A stretch of DNA of 64,000 nucleotides from Thermoplasmata archaeon (lineage in GTDB: Archaea > Thermoplasmatota > Thermoplasmata > Thermoplasmatales > Thermoplasmataceae), in the NCBI GenBank assembly GCA_021800105.1, contig JAJYZI010000002.1, positions 1,390-65,389 on the forward strand, in the 5' to 3' direction. Below the pieces are notes generated by a model. The model searched no databases. It had not been told where the DNA came from and saw nothing but the letters and a program-made list of their open reading frames with translations. Below, piece by piece: positions 45,262 to 55,956 of the stretch. The stretch's first letter is position 1. Each line of letters opens with the position of its first letter. A program made the position numbers and the translations under genes.

Positions 45262-45433
45262 AAGTGATTCCAGAAACTATCGAGACTGCAAAGAGGATGA
45301 AGCCGATCAGGACGGAATATGTAACTATCGATACCCGGAATGGATGATATTTGTATATTATTGCCGGGAGAGTCATTAAAACAGCACCCAGGACGAATAT
45401 GGGATATTTTATTCTCTCAAATGTAAACACCAT
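45248..45433 (-). CDS. 61-aa two-TM protein downstream of the SDH membrane anchor (possible small SDH subunit)
   Basis: Two hydrophobic helices; the start lies 9 nt after the anchor-gene stop. Supported only by context, with no recognisable family. Confidence 0.3.
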   Translation of the reverse strand: MVFTFERIKYPIFVLGAVLMTLPAIIYKYHPFRVSIVTYSVLIGFILFAVSIVSGITSMRD

Positions 45434-45442
45434 GTTTTCACC

Positions 45443-46156
45443 TCATATAGCTATCCTGAAAAAGGTAAAGTCAACCGGCCATCCGGCCATGAGTGCGCGT
45501 ATGTAGAGATCGACTGCGACAACCACAAGCAGGCTCACGAATGCAAACTGTTCGTGGTAACGGTTAAGCAGGCTCTGGCCGTTGAAGAGCTTCTTCACCC
45601 CGGTTCCGTGAGACAGGCAGCTGTAGCAGTCCACCGAACCACCTATCAGGTGCCTGAAGGCATGGCAAGAGATCGTCCATAACGTCAGGAGAAGGGCATT
45701 CGCCAAGAGTAGAATGCTGCCTAACCTGAAAATGAAAAATCCGCTCTGGTAAACCATTGAAGTGTAGAAGTCATAATAAAAGAAGGGCAGAATTGCAAGC
45801 CCGATATAGAAGAAATACCTGTGGAAATTGTTGAGAGCAAAGAATCCGGTTTCACCGGAATATTTTCTCTTTGATGAGTCCATTCTCTCGTCATTCAGGC
45901 AGGCCATAGGATGCCTGAAAACGTGTCTGTGATAGTCTTTCCTGTAAGCATAACAGGATAGCCTGAAAAGCGCTATAAATGGAAGCACAAGAACCGTCGG
46001 AGAGTAGAAAGGATCAACGTAGCCCTGGTACTCAGATACAGGGTAGAGGAAAAGAGCACCGGCGGAAAGAAGGAGTATCAGGATAAGGCTCCAGAACCGC
46101 CAGTTAGGTTCCAGAAGCTCTGAAAGGGTATTCAACCTGCGCCTGTTTTCGATCAT
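45443..46156 (-). CDS. sdhC: Succinate dehydrogenase membrane anchor (single about 5-TM subunit, Cys/His-rich)
   Basis: 4-nt overlap with the sdhB stop. About 5 TM helices with multiple His/Cys (CYAYRKDYHRHVFRHPMAC; SCHAFRH..CYSCLSH). The function assignment is by operon position. Confidence 0.55.
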   Translation of the reverse strand: MIENRRRLNTLSELLEPNWRFWSLILILLLSAGALFLYPVSEYQGYVDPFYSPTVLVLPFIALFRLSCYAYRKDYHRHVFRHPMACLNDERMDSSKRKYSGETGFFALNNFHRYFFYIGLAILPFFYYDFYTSMVYQSGFFIFRLGSILLLANALLLTLWTISCHAFRHLIGGSVDCYSCLSHGTGVKKLFNGQSLLNRYHEQFAFVSLLVVVAVDLYIRALMAGWPVDFTFFRIAI

Positions 46157-46893
46157 TTCTTTTGCCTCCTCCTGTGGATAAGTATTCCAATTGGATCGTA
46201 AAATTCGTTCACTACCCTCTCCTTTTCAGGTATGATTGCATTATCTGTTATGTGTATCCCCTCTGGACACACATTCTGGCAGCATTTTGTTATGTTGCAA
46301 AAACCAACTCCTCCCTCTGTGTGCAGGAACCCAGTCCTATCGATTGAATCCAGCGGGTGCATATCCAGCGCAGCAACCTTGACCATGTGCTTTGGCCCAA
46401 GATAGTTGGACTCATGTTCACGGATGACGTGGCAGACGTCCTGGCAAAGGAAGCATTCTATGCATGTCCTGAATTCCTTTGATCTTGTAATGTCAATTGC
46501 GGCAATCCTCCATGGCTTGGGAAGATCTGGTTTTGGTGTAAAGGGAGGTATCCTTTTTGCTACTTCCCAGTTATGGGAAACATTTGTAACTAGGTCCTTA
46601 ACGACCGGGTATGCCCTCATAGGTTCTATCGATATCCTGGAACCCATCTTGTCAACTCTTGTCTTGCACATGAGCCGGGGCAGGCCATTTACTTCTGCCG
46701 AGCAGGATCCGCATCTTGCGGCCTTGCAGTTCCACCTGACAGAAAGCGTCGGATCTATGTTGCTCCCTATATAGTGAACTGCATCGAGAACCACCATACC
46801 TTCCTGTGTTGGCACTTCATAGTCAACAAAGTGTGGTGCTTCTCCTTTTGACGGATCGGATCTTTTGATCGATATAGTAACTTTATCAGACAT
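46153..46893 (-). CDS. sdhB: Succinate dehydrogenase iron-sulfur subunit
   Basis: [2Fe-2S] CKAARCGSCSAEVNG..C, [4Fe-4S] CIECFLCQDVC and a third-cluster CNITKCCQNVCP motif. Confidence 0.9.
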   Translation of the reverse strand: MSDKVTISIKRSDPSKGEAPHFVDYEVPTQEGMVVLDAVHYIGSNIDPTLSVRWNCKAARCGSCSAEVNGLPRLMCKTRVDKMGSRISIEPMRAYPVVKDLVTNVSHNWEVAKRIPPFTPKPDLPKPWRIAAIDITRSKEFRTCIECFLCQDVCHVIREHESNYLGPKHMVKVAALDMHPLDSIDRTGFLHTEGGVGFCNITKCCQNVCPEGIHITDNAIIPEKERVVNEFYDPIGILIHRRRQKK

Positions 46894-48583
46894 TTTCTTG
46901 TTCCTCCTTTGATAATAGAGCTTTCAGTTCCGATGGCAATTCGGGTACGGGGTCGAAGCGCATTGTGTAGTTTCCATCCTGCTTCCTGACAAACACAATG
47001 TTCTTCCTCCATTCCTTCCTGAGCTCCGGATAATCCTGCCTGTAATGTGCCCCCCTGCTTTCCTTACGCTCCCTGGCGGCAGTGACAAGCATTTCAGCAA
47101 TATTTAGCAGCCCCTGAACCTCAAGTGCAGTAACTAGGCCGGGGTTGAATTTTGTAGAGCCGCTCACGCCCACATTCTTGGCAACTTTCTTAAGTTCAGC
47201 TATTTCTGCAAGCGCCTTGTTGAGGCCATCCTCATTTCTCCAGATGCCGACGTTGGTTGACATCGTTTCCCTGAGTTTCTCAAATACCTCATATGGGTTG
47301 ACTGGATCCTTGACCTGCAAAAAAGACAGCACTCGATCGACCTCTGCAGAGACCTCGTTTCCTCCTATCCTGGTTAATTTTGCATTCTTTACAAACTTGG
47401 CAGCTTCTTCTCCTGTCCTCTTCCCGAATACCAGGAGATCTGCGAGAGAGTTTCCGCCAAGCCTGTTTGCCCCATGGAGTCCGGTCGCAGCTTCGCCGGC
47501 TGCAAACAATCCAGAAACAATCGTCTGGTTGGTCTCAGCATCGACCTTGATGCCTCCCATATGGTAGTGGGTTGTCGGCGCAACCTCCATCTTTTCCTTC
47601 GTGATATCGACGCCTGAGAATTCCTTGTACTGCATGTACATGCTGGGAAGTTTTTCAAGAATGAACTTGGCTCCCTTGTATGATATGTCCAGGTAGACGC
47701 CACCATGCTCCGTCCCCCTTCCCTCCATAATCTCCCTGTAAATAGAGCGAGCTACGACATCCCTTGCGTCCAGTTCCTTCTTCTGGGGAGAGTACCTGAG
47801 CATGAATCTTTCTCCCTTTGTATTGTAAAGCAAGCCGCCATCTCCCCTGACTCCTTCAGTTACTAGAAGGCCGCGTATTGCAGGAGGCCATATCATCCCA
47901 GTCGGATGGAACTGCACCATTTCAAGATCCATTAGCTCAGAGCCTGCTTCAAATGCGAGTGAAAGCCCGTCTCCGGTAGATTCCCATGAGTTTGAAGTAA
48001 CCTTGTATATCCTGCCGAGCCCTCCTGAAGCGACTATAATGCCCTTAGCTGAAATTGAATAGAATTCACCCGTTTTGAGGTCGAGGCCTATTGCACCCTT
48101 GACCCTGCCTCCTTCGGTTATGATCTTCGTAATCATTATCTCCTCCAGGAAGGATGCGTCGCTGTGAATCACCTTGTCCTGAAGCGTCCTTATGAGTTCA
48201 AGCCCGGTCTTGTCGCCCACGTGGCAGAGTCGCCTGTATGTATGCGCACCAAAAGCCCTCTGCAGGATCTTTCCATCTGCGTTCCTGTCAAAGAGAGCAC
48301 CGTATTCTTCGAGCTCCAAAACCCTCTCAGGAGCATCTTTTGCAAGTTGTTCAGAAAATCTCCAGTCTCCGAGGTAAACCCCCTCTACATAAGTATCAAC
48401 GAAGTGAACCTTCCAGTTATCCTCTTTATCGACATTGCCAAGTGCAGCGGCAATTCCTCCTTCTGCCATGACAGTATGAGCCTTTCCCAGGAGTGATTTC
48501 GTTACAATAAGTACCTTTACACCCTGCTTAAGTGCCTCAACTGCAGCCCGGAGACCCGCACCACCCGCACCGATTATAAGCAA
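46886..48583 (-). CDS. sdhA: Succinate dehydrogenase flavoprotein subunit
   Basis: IIGAGGAGLRAA, the covalent-FAD His region KAHTVMAEGG, HPTG, and the ..RGAHYRQDYP.. C-terminal motif. The TTG start leaves only 4 residues before the GxGxxG. Confidence 0.9.
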   Translation of the reverse strand: MLIIGAGGAGLRAAVEALKQGVKVLIVTKSLLGKAHTVMAEGGIAAALGNVDKEDNWKVHFVDTYVEGVYLGDWRFSEQLAKDAPERVLELEEYGALFDRNADGKILQRAFGAHTYRRLCHVGDKTGLELIRTLQDKVIHSDASFLEEIMITKIITEGGRVKGAIGLDLKTGEFYSISAKGIIVASGGLGRIYKVTSNSWESTGDGLSLAFEAGSELMDLEMVQFHPTGMIWPPAIRGLLVTEGVRGDGGLLYNTKGERFMLRYSPQKKELDARDVVARSIYREIMEGRGTEHGGVYLDISYKGAKFILEKLPSMYMQYKEFSGVDITKEKMEVAPTTHYHMGGIKVDAETNQTIVSGLFAAGEAATGLHGANRLGGNSLADLLVFGKRTGEEAAKFVKNAKLTRIGGNEVSAEVDRVLSFLQVKDPVNPYEVFEKLRETMSTNVGIWRNEDGLNKALAEIAELKKVAKNVGVSGSTKFNPGLVTALEVQGLLNIAEMLVTAARERKESRGAHYRQDYPELRKEWRKNIVFVRKQDGNYTMRFDPVPELPSELKALLSKEEQENV

Positions 48584-48709
48584 GTCAGTTTCTATTTCAT
48601 GAACCGCCGGTCTCTCTATGATAATCGCCAGCGAGTAAGCCCTCGATTCGATTTATAACTTTCGCACACTGGTTATCTGAAGACCTTTCCAAGTACCGGG
48701 TAAGACGGT

Positions 48710-49468
48710 CTACGCATCAAAGTGAGAAATAAATTCCTCCTCATTATAATCAAGCTTACCGGGAATAACCAGCGTTGATGGATTCTCAGTATAATGGGCA
48801 CTGCATAGTTTCTCCATAGTGCCATATCTCGCTGTTTGGAAACTGGTGCCATACGCATGGACCGCCGCGACCTTCATGGTGGAAAGATCAAGTTTCCCGC
48901 CAAGCATATTGTTCATCCTGCGTATTATACTACATGCCTCGGCGACAGACATATAGCCTGTTTCCGTGATATCGAGCAGTATCAGTGTATGCAAGCCACG
49001 TTCAAGGTTCCCAAGTATCTTGTCATAAGGGCTCCTCGGAAAAAATTTTTCAGTTACAAATGGAAGAGAGACTACCTGCCCCATCTTATACACCTCGAGT
49101 CCAAGGTAACCTGGTACCGCCGTTATTATTGAAGAGTTCTCCATAACTACAACATTTATTCCCTCGTCAAGTGCATCGAACCTGACCTGGTTGTGCGTGG
49201 TTGCAGTGAGGGCATCTCCCTGCACGAGAAATGCTGTTTCTGAGGTTCTGGCTGAGTTCAGTATGATCCTGCTCTGCTCAACTTTTTCCCTCGGCAGGAG
49301 TATAATCTTCTTTCCAGTCCCCTTTTCTAATCCCTCGATAAGGTTATCGCGCGACCCGGATGTGTATGTTTCAATAAAGACAGAGGAGCATTCCTTTATT
49401 GCAGCAAGGGCCCTCTGCTGGATGCTGGCAGCTCCCTCGAGGCCTACTCCAATGATGTAAAGCGTCAA
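48710..49468 (-). CDS. dphB: Diphthine synthase
   Basis: MTLYIIGVGL N-terminus and tetrapyrrole-methylase-like fold motifs (..VQGDALTATTH..). At 252 aa it is an archaeal/eukaryotic-specific enzyme. Confidence 0.85.
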   Translation of the reverse strand: MTLYIIGVGLEGAASIQQRALAAIKECSSVFIETYTSGSRDNLIEGLEKGTGKKIILLPREKVEQSRIILNSARTSETAFLVQGDALTATTHNQVRFDALDEGINVVVMENSSIITAVPGYLGLEVYKMGQVVSLPFVTEKFFPRSPYDKILGNLERGLHTLILLDITETGYMSVAEACSIIRRMNNMLGGKLDLSTMKVAAVHAYGTSFQTARYGTMEKLCSAHYTENPSTLVIPGKLDYNEEEFISHFDA

Positions 49469-50673
49469 AAGTCCTCTTGGATCCTTATAAGTTCGTTTAG
49501 TTTAGCAAGTCTCTCTCCGCCGATTGTGCCTGACTTGATCATCTCTGAGCCAAAGGCAACACCGAGATGTGCAATGAAATCATCCGTCGTTTCACCGCTC
49601 CTGTGAGAGATGACGGTTTTCCATCCAGCTCTGTTTACAAGATTCACTGCTTCGACTGTCTTGCTCAGGGTACCGATCTGGTTTACTTTAATTAAGACCG
49701 CATTTGTTGACTTTTTCTCTATACCTACTTTTATTCTTTCAGGGTTTGTCGTGTAAAGATCATCTCCAATTATCAAGGAACGATCCCCGATCCTGGCGGT
49801 GATATCCGCAAAGCCATCGTAATCTGAATCAACGAGCGGGTCCTCAATGACCCTGAAACCATGATCCTTAGCAAGAGATATAACGAAATCCTTCTGCTGG
49901 TCCACGGTCTTGGGACCGTCCCTGTAAACGTACTTGCCCTTCTCGAAAAAAGAGGTTGCGGCAAGATCTGAACCCACGAGTATCTTCAGCCTGCTTTCAT
50001 GCTCTATCTCAGCGGCGGCGTCCCTTACAAGATCTACTGCCTCCGGATCAGGTATATTGCATGTCCATGCCCTTTCGTCGCCCACACCTATGCTTATGTC
50101 CGGAAATTTTTCCGAGAGCCTTTCCCCGACCCTTCTGTGGACCCTTATATTCGTGTTGATGCATTGAAGCATATTTTCGCTTTGAGTTGAAACAAAGAAT
50201 TCCTGTATCGTAGTTCCGTTCCGGGAATGCTTTCCTCCACCGAGTACATTTCCCAGCGGTTTTGGCATCTTTCTGGCAAAGTTTCCTCCGACATATCGAT
50301 AAAGCGGTATCTGCAGCGAGTTTGCAACTGCTTTGGCATTTGCGATAGAAAGGGCAGTCGCGAGATTTCCGCCTATGGAGCTGAAGTTCCCTGTTCCATC
50401 GACTTTTTCCAGGTAGGCATCGAATCCGGGCTGGTCGAGTGCATTAAGGCCTATTATCCCCTTTCGGACTTCCTTGTAGAATATATCGAGCGACGTGAGG
50501 GCACCTCCCTGCGGGAAAGCTTTGACTTCAGTCTCGCCGGTGCTAGCGCCAGAGGGTGCTGAAGAGATTCCTACTGCATCAGGGAGCCTGATTGTTGCCT
50601 CGATGGTCAATGTTCCTCTGGAGTCAACAATATTCCTGACACTACATTCCTGGATCTCAAATTTTTTAAGCAT
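49465..50673 (-). CDS. eno: Enolase
   Basis: SAPSGASTGETE, GDDLYTTNP, LIKVNQIGTLS, SHRSGETTD. Confidence 0.95.
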   Translation of the reverse strand: MLKKFEIQECSVRNIVDSRGTLTIEATIRLPDAVGISSAPSGASTGETEVKAFPQGGALTSLDIFYKEVRKGIIGLNALDQPGFDAYLEKVDGTGNFSSIGGNLATALSIANAKAVANSLQIPLYRYVGGNFARKMPKPLGNVLGGGKHSRNGTTIQEFFVSTQSENMLQCINTNIRVHRRVGERLSEKFPDISIGVGDERAWTCNIPDPEAVDLVRDAAAEIEHESRLKILVGSDLAATSFFEKGKYVYRDGPKTVDQQKDFVISLAKDHGFRVIEDPLVDSDYDGFADITARIGDRSLIIGDDLYTTNPERIKVGIEKKSTNAVLIKVNQIGTLSKTVEAVNLVNRAGWKTVISHRSGETTDDFIAHLGVAFGSEMIKSGTIGGERLAKLNELIRIQEDF

Positions 50674-50737
50674 ATTCTAGAAAGGATGGATACCTTAAAA
50701 AGATTTGCAGCAATCTGTCTTTCTCCGTATTGGCGGT

Positions 50738-51256
50738 TCAGAGCTTCTTGAGTTCCCTGTATCTTGATGCAAAGCTGTTATAGTTTGCCTTGTATGATGT
50801 CCAGAGTTTCTTGTAGTCTTCGGAAATCTTACCGATAACAGATGCTGGTATGCCAGCTGCTATGGATTCAGGCGCCACCTTCGTACCAGACTTGACAACT
50901 GCTCCCTCTGCGACAACAGCCCATTCCCCGACCTCGGAAAAGTCTGAGACAGTCGCCCCCATTCCTACGATTGACCACTGCCTAAGTGTTGCAGTGTGCA
51001 CAGTAGAAAGATGACCGACAGTAACATGTTTCTCGATTGTTGTTGTCTCTCCCGGCCTGGCATGTATAACGCAGTTATCCTCAATCGCCGTATAATCGTC
51101 GATAACTATTTTGCCATAATCACCCCTTAAAACTGCACCGGGACCAATCCAAACATATTCCCCTATCGTTACGTCACCGATGATTGTGGAATTCTCGAAA
51201 GCGAATGAATTCATTCCAATGGAAGGTTTCCTGCCCTCAAACTCGTAAACTGACAC
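50738..51256 (-). CDS. Gamma-carbonic-anhydrase-like hexapeptide-repeat (LbH) protein
   Basis: Left-handed beta-helix repeats with ..VLRGD...I.IG..T.I.DN.VIH.. as in the PaaY/Cam family. GTG start. Confidence 0.75.
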   Translation of the reverse strand: MSVYEFEGRKPSIGMNSFAFENSTIIGDVTIGEYVWIGPGAVLRGDYGKIVIDDYTAIEDNCVIHARPGETTTIEKHVTVGHLSTVHTATLRQWSIVGMGATVSDFSEVGEWAVVAEGAVVKSGTKVAPESIAAGIPASVIGKISEDYKKLWTSYKANYNSFASRYRELKKL

Positions 51257-51383
51257 GAGACCAGAAATAAGATGAGTGGTTAAAAAAGCATGCTATCCAG
51301 TTTGCTGCGAAATTGCAATAATTCTCTTCCACTTACACTATCGTAATTCTCCTTTGTCAAGGGAGAAAAAAGTCTTGAACAAC

Positions 51384-52253
51384 TCAGATATCCAACTTAG
51401 AGAATATGGACTCTATTCTGCTCCATGGTTCGTTGAAGTCAACAACAGGGAGCCGGATTGCCTCGCTTGCAACGATGGTACCATATCTGACTGCCTTGGG
51501 AATGTCATTATACTTCTGGTAGGCGTAATAAAAGCCCGCCCTGAATGCATCGCCTGCACCAACGGTATCATAATGCCCGTCAACCTTCCTTGCCGGGACA
51601 AGCACATTATCGCCGTTGTTGAGCACCTCTACACCCTTTGAACCCAACGTCTTTATGATCGTCTGGGAGCCACGCGGATCAATATTATCCCTTATCAATT
51701 CGTATTCCTGTTCGTTGCACATAACTATATCTGCTAGAGAGACAAATTCCTTCAGTTCGCTTTTGCTGTAAAGGTATATTTCCTGAGAAGGGTCGAATAC
51801 AATGTCCGAATTTGATTGCTTCGCTATCTTGAGGTATTCATGCCTTGGACCCGTAGTGAAATGCAGTATCCTGTAATCATCGATTAGGCTATTTTCCAAG
51901 GATGGTTTCCAGATAAGGTTAGGACCTTGGTTGATGAAAGCGAGTTGGTTATTCCGGTCGCTTGCTATGTAACAGAATGGGCCACGAGTGTCCTCGAAAA
52001 CCTTCACGTGTTCAAGGTTCAACCCCCTTGATTTGAGCAGCTTCATGTAACCGGCATGGGTCTCCGAAGACACAGCAGCGTAGGGGTCAAAATCCAGGCC
52101 AAGCCTGGATGCAATCAGGGCGAAGTTACCTAAGGTCCCGCCATATACCTTCCGCTCCTCCTCGATTGGCACAGATCCCGAAGATACAAGTTTCGGCACC
52201 CTGAATATAATGTCAATATTGATGTGCCCCAAATAGGCGAGGAATTTCTTCAC
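51384..52253 (-). CDS. PfkB-family carbohydrate/nucleoside kinase
   Basis: C-terminal DTVGAGDAFRAGF (PfkB signature 2) and N-terminal ..GG..GN.A...RLG.. motif. Confidence 0.8.
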   Translation of the reverse strand: MKKFLAYLGHINIDIIFRVPKLVSSGSVPIEEERKVYGGTLGNFALIASRLGLDFDPYAAVSSETHAGYMKLLKSRGLNLEHVKVFEDTRGPFCYIASDRNNQLAFINQGPNLIWKPSLENSLIDDYRILHFTTGPRHEYLKIAKQSNSDIVFDPSQEIYLYSKSELKEFVSLADIVMCNEQEYELIRDNIDPRGSQTIIKTLGSKGVEVLNNGDNVLVPARKVDGHYDTVGAGDAFRAGFYYAYQKYNDIPKAVRYGTIVASEAIRLPVVDFNEPWSRIESIFSKLDI

Positions 52254-52318
52254 AATATGGTATTACGATAGCGTTCAAATATTTTCCATGCAAATAATGT
52301 GTTGCGTTTTTTACGAGG

Positions 52319-52759
52319 TTAAAGAATTAGTGAAAGCCTTGTCATCCTCCAGCAAGCATCTTCATCGTTTTTCTCGTCGTTTATTGGGATCGGTGCTGCA
52401 CTTTTTGTGGATTTCCGGAAAATTTCCAGGTCAAGGGGCAGATCCCCGTCTTTGTCCAGGCATACGACAAAGAATTTCACTGTTCCTGGTTTTATACCTG
52501 CAAGCTTTATGGCGTCCTTTATCTGTTTTTTCCCGGTCAGATACATCATGAATAACGCTGAAAGGTTCTGGTATCTCCTGCTGCGTCTCCTGGTTTCAAG
52601 CGCTTCCTCCAGTGCAGCCCTGATGTGAAATTCACTATAAGCTGCATCAATATCACAGACTATCATTCCTCCCTTGAACCCGGTAAGAGATGCTATATCC
52701 GCATCAGAGATAGGATAATTTAGAGAAAAATAACTGACTCTAAATTGCTGTTGGGCCAT
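52319..52759 (-). CDS. Cgi121-like KEOPS subunit
   Basis: 146 aa. The ..[27 protein letters not shown]... segment resembles the conserved Cgi121 helix region. The start overlaps the lon 3' end by 20 nt. Confidence 0.5.
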   Translation of the reverse strand: MAQQQFRVSYFSLNYPISDADIASLTGFKGGMIVCDIDAAYSEFHIRAALEEALETRRRSRRYQNLSALFMMYLTGKKQIKDAIKLAGIKPGTVKFFVVCLDKDGDLPLDLEIFRKSTKSAAPIPINDEKNDEDACWRMTRLSLIL

Positions 52760-54695
52760 TTTTTCCGGAAAACTTCGAGAGACTCACCTTTGAAGAGAAT
52801 ACATCTGTAACACGGCCAATAATGCTCTGGCGCTCCGGTGACTCCATAAGAGCATTTTCCAGGACATCCTTGATGTCGTTCACAGGTATTATCTCAATCC
52901 TTCCCTTGTGATTCTGGTCCAAGATCACGTCACCGAAGTTGGACGCGGGAACAAGGACTTTTTTCAATCCTGAATCGATCGCAGCCTCTACTTTTGCAGC
53001 AACACCGCCCACGGGCAGCACAGTTCCTCTTACACTGATGGAGCCGGTCATTGCCGTGCTCTGATCAACAGGAATGTTTTCTATTGCCGAAATGATAGCT
53101 GTCGCGATGGATATGCTTGCCGAATCTCCCTCGACGCCCTCATAAGTGCCAATGAACTGTATGTGTATGTCCATGTCGGAGATGTCTGCCCCGCTTATTT
53201 TCTTGATGACTGCAGAAACATTGGTGACGGCTTCCTTTGCAATCTTTCCAAGGTTACCGGTTGCAATGACGGTGCCCTGCCCCTTTCTTTGGGATGGAGT
53301 AACCTCTGCAACGATCGGCATCACAACACCGGTATAGTCAGCCATTCCTGAGTTTGCACCCACAACAGCCAGACCGTTGACACTGCCAACTCTGCCGCCT
53401 TCAGTCAGGAAAGTCTTGTAGCTCTTCCTTATCTCTATCGACCTGTCAGCAACCTGCTGTTCCAGAGGCTTGCTGAGTGCCTTTGCATCAATAACCTGCT
53501 TCGCAGTGACTATGGGCAGCTTATCGGTAATCGCAATATCGCCCGCAACCCTGACAAGACCTCCGAGTTCCCTGAGCCTCAGGGTCAGCTTCCCCTTCCT
53601 GCCGGATCTCCTCTGGGCTTCCTTGATAATCTCTGCAACCGCAGTTGAATCAAAATCTGGTATTTTCTTGTCCTTCGCTATTTCCTGGGCTATGAACTGC
53701 ACTATCTTTTTCCTGTTCTCTTCGTTGTCGTCCATCAGGTTGTTTACGTAGACCTCGTAGCCATAACCCCTGATCCTTGACCTCAGGGCAGGATGTATGG
53801 CCTGAACTGCATCAAGGTTGCCTGCAGCGACCAGTATGAAGTCGCATGGAACCGGCTCAGTCTGTACCATCGCACCGGCGCTTCTCTCACTCTGACCAGA
53901 TATAGAATACTTCTTTTCCTGCATTGCGGTAAGAAGGGCCTGTTGGCTTTCTAGCCTGAGGAGGTTCATTTCGTCTATGAACAGCACACCTTTGTGTGCT
54001 TTGTGTATATTTCCAGCTTCAACCCTGTCGTGGGCAGGGGTCTCAAGACCTCCCGACTGGAAAGGATCATGCCTGACGTCACCAAGAAGAGCACCGCTGT
54101 GCGCTCCAGTGGAGTCTATGAATGGTGGTTTCTCGTTGGGATTATGCTGAACGAGAACCTTCGGAATCAGTGCTTTTTCGTTCCTGAATGCAGGGTTGAA
54201 TGCAAGTACAAGATAGATGAATGCAGCAGCCATTATTGCAAGAAATATGACAGTAAAATCCTTTGTGAAAACGAAAATAATTAGTCCGAAGAGGAAGACG
54301 GAAACTATTATGAACATTATTCCCCTGGATTTGTCCCTCTTTTCGCGCTCAGCCCTCATCTGGTACTGCCGAGTAATCTCCTTCCCCCTTCCTGCGGGAT
54401 AAGTCTTAATTTTGGGCTTGTTCGGATCCTCAGGATTCGGGAAAACCACAATATCCTCAAGTTCCTCCTTGGGAAGAAAGTCAGTCATGGATTGGGCAAG
54501 CATAGACTTACCAGTACCGGGATCTCCGATAAGCAGCACATGTCTCTTCTGCATTGCTGCTTTCTTGACCACCTGTGCTGCCTCGTCCTGGCCTATGACC
54601 TGGTCAAACAGCACCTTCGGTATCTGAACCTCTTTGGTGGATTTGATGTTGAGTTTACCCACCCATTCGTCTACGTCGTCATTAGTTTCGTCCAC
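52740..54695 (-). CDS. lon: Archaeal membrane-bound Lon protease (LonB)
   Basis: Walker [11 protein letters not shown], two TM helices inserted in the AAA+ module ([18 protein letters not shown].. / [16 protein letters not shown]), and a protease domain [15 protein letters not shown] (catalytic Ser). I chose GTG 54695; the ORF track extends to 54791 with an implausible hydrophobic leader. Confidence 0.9.
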   Translation of the reverse strand: MDETNDDVDEWVGKLNIKSTKEVQIPKVLFDQVIGQDEAAQVVKKAAMQKRHVLLIGDPGTGKSMLAQSMTDFLPKEELEDIVVFPNPEDPNKPKIKTYPAGRGKEITRQYQMRAEREKRDKSRGIMFIIVSVFLFGLIIFVFTKDFTVIFLAIMAAAFIYLVLAFNPAFRNEKALIPKVLVQHNPNEKPPFIDSTGAHSGALLGDVRHDPFQSGGLETPAHDRVEAGNIHKAHKGVLFIDEMNLLRLESQQALLTAMQEKKYSISGQSERSAGAMVQTEPVPCDFILVAAGNLDAVQAIHPALRSRIRGYGYEVYVNNLMDDNEENRKKIVQFIAQEIAKDKKIPDFDSTAVAEIIKEAQRRSGRKGKLTLRLRELGGLVRVAGDIAITDKLPIVTAKQVIDAKALSKPLEQQVADRSIEIRKSYKTFLTEGGRVGSVNGLAVVGANSGMADYTGVVMPIVAEVTPSQRKGQGTVIATGNLGKIAKEAVTNVSAVIKKISGADISDMDIHIQFIGTYEGVEGDSASISIATAIISAIENIPVDQSTAMTGSISVRGTVLPVGGVAAKVEAAIDSGLKKVLVPASNFGDVILDQNHKGRIEIIPVNDIKDVLENALMESPERQSIIGRVTDVFSSKVSLSKFSGKNGPTAI

Positions 54696-54828
54696 GCTCA
54701 GTATAGTTAAAATGAGAATTAATAGTTTCTGATACAAAGGACTTTCAGGTACAAGAAATACATAATTAGTTGACCTAACAGACTGCTCCAATCAGCAGGT
54801 GTTTTATATTGTACAAAGATACAAGTAT

Positions 54829-55956
54829 GTGTCTTTTTCTATTGGAAACAGGCTAAGACTAACTGTGTTTGGGGCATCACATGGCCAGATGGTGGGAAGT
54901 GTACTGGAAGGGATACCTGCGGGAGTGCACATTCCAACGCTCGAGATTGCCGAATGGATTGGACGCAGAAGACCTTCACTGAGTGACATAACGACACAGA
55001 GAAAAGAGGATGACTCTTTCTCCATTGTATCGGGTCTGGTAGGAGATCGGACAGATGGAAGCCCTTTGACTTTTATCATAGCCAACAAGGATGCAATCCC
55101 ATCGCACTACGATGAGCTCAAGGAAAGGCCAAGACCAGGTCATGCAGATCTTACCCTGTTTCTGAAATATGGCGAGTTCAGGAACTATTCGGGTGGAGGC
55201 TTTCTCTCCGGCAGAATGACAGCACCTCTTGTGGCCGCAGGATCTGTATGCCTTTCCATTCTTCGAAAAGCAGGAGTGAACGTGAACGGATGGGTGCAGT
55301 CTATAGGCGGAATAGAGTCTCCGCAAGACGCGGACTCGCCGGTTGCAGCATATTCATCTAAAACCAGGATACCTGATAGCGGAAAGGATGCAGAGGCGGT
55401 GGAACTAATAAGGAAGCTCATGTCCGAAGGTGACAGCATTGGCGGATCGATCCGCATCTCCATAAAGGGAATTCCCGGTGGAATTGGTGAACCTTTCTTT
55501 GATTCCGTGGAATCTGTGATTTCACATGCCGTATTCTCGATCCCGGCAGTAAAGGCGATTGAGTTTGGATCAGGCTTCAAGCTCGCTTCGATGAAGGGAT
55601 CTGACGCTGTTGACACGATTTACTATGACGGGCAGAATTTCAGGACAAGATCAAATAACAACGGGGGCATACTTGGCGGAATAACGAATGGGATGCCGGT
55701 GGATTTCAGGGTTGCTATAAAACCAACCTCTTCGATAAGGAAGGAACTCGAAACGGTTAACTTAGTATCGAAGGAGAAAGATACCATACGGGTCAAGGGC
55801 AGGCATGATCCTTGCATAGCAATAAGGGCGCTTCCAGTTGTTCAGTGCATGAGCGCTTTTTCTATCCTGGACCTGATGATGTCATCAGGAAAGAGCCAGT
55901 TCCTGGAGCAGATCTTTCCGTCAGGGCAGGAAAGGCAGGTTAAAGGCAATAAATGA
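54829..55956 (+). CDS. aroC: Chorismate synthase
   Basis: ..GNRLRLTVFGASHG.. N-terminal signature, ..RPGHAD.. and ..GRHDPCI... I chose GTG 54829 (MSFSIGNRL); the ORF track starts at 54799. Confidence 0.9.
   Translation: MSFSIGNRLRLTVFGASHGQMVGSVLEGIPAGVHIPTLEIAEWIGRRRPSLSDITTQRKEDDSFSIVSGLVGDRTDGSPLTFIIANKDAIPSHYDELKERPRPGHADLTLFLKYGEFRNYSGGGFLSGRMTAPLVAAGSVCLSILRKAGVNVNGWVQSIGGIESPQDADSPVAAYSSKTRIPDSGKDAEAVELIRKLMSEGDSIGGSIRISIKGIPGGIGEPFFDSVESVISHAVFSIPAVKAIEFGSGFKLASMKGSDAVDTIYYDGQNFRTRSNNNGGILGGITNGMPVDFRVAIKPTSSIRKELETVNLVSKEKDTIRVKGRHDPCIAIRALPVVQCMSAFSILDLMMSSGKSQFLEQIFPSGQERQVKGNK

Noticed and set aside
48584-48631. Apparent in-frame extension upstream of the sdhA TTG start (..VHEIETD-LLIIGAGGAG), with a TATA-like TTTATAA near 48651-48657 suggesting a start around 48625.
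   Set aside because: The extension contains no ATG/GTG/TTG. The resemblance to other SdhA N-termini is only my impression, and MLIIGAGGAG is a workable Rossmann start. It is too weak to report as a finding.
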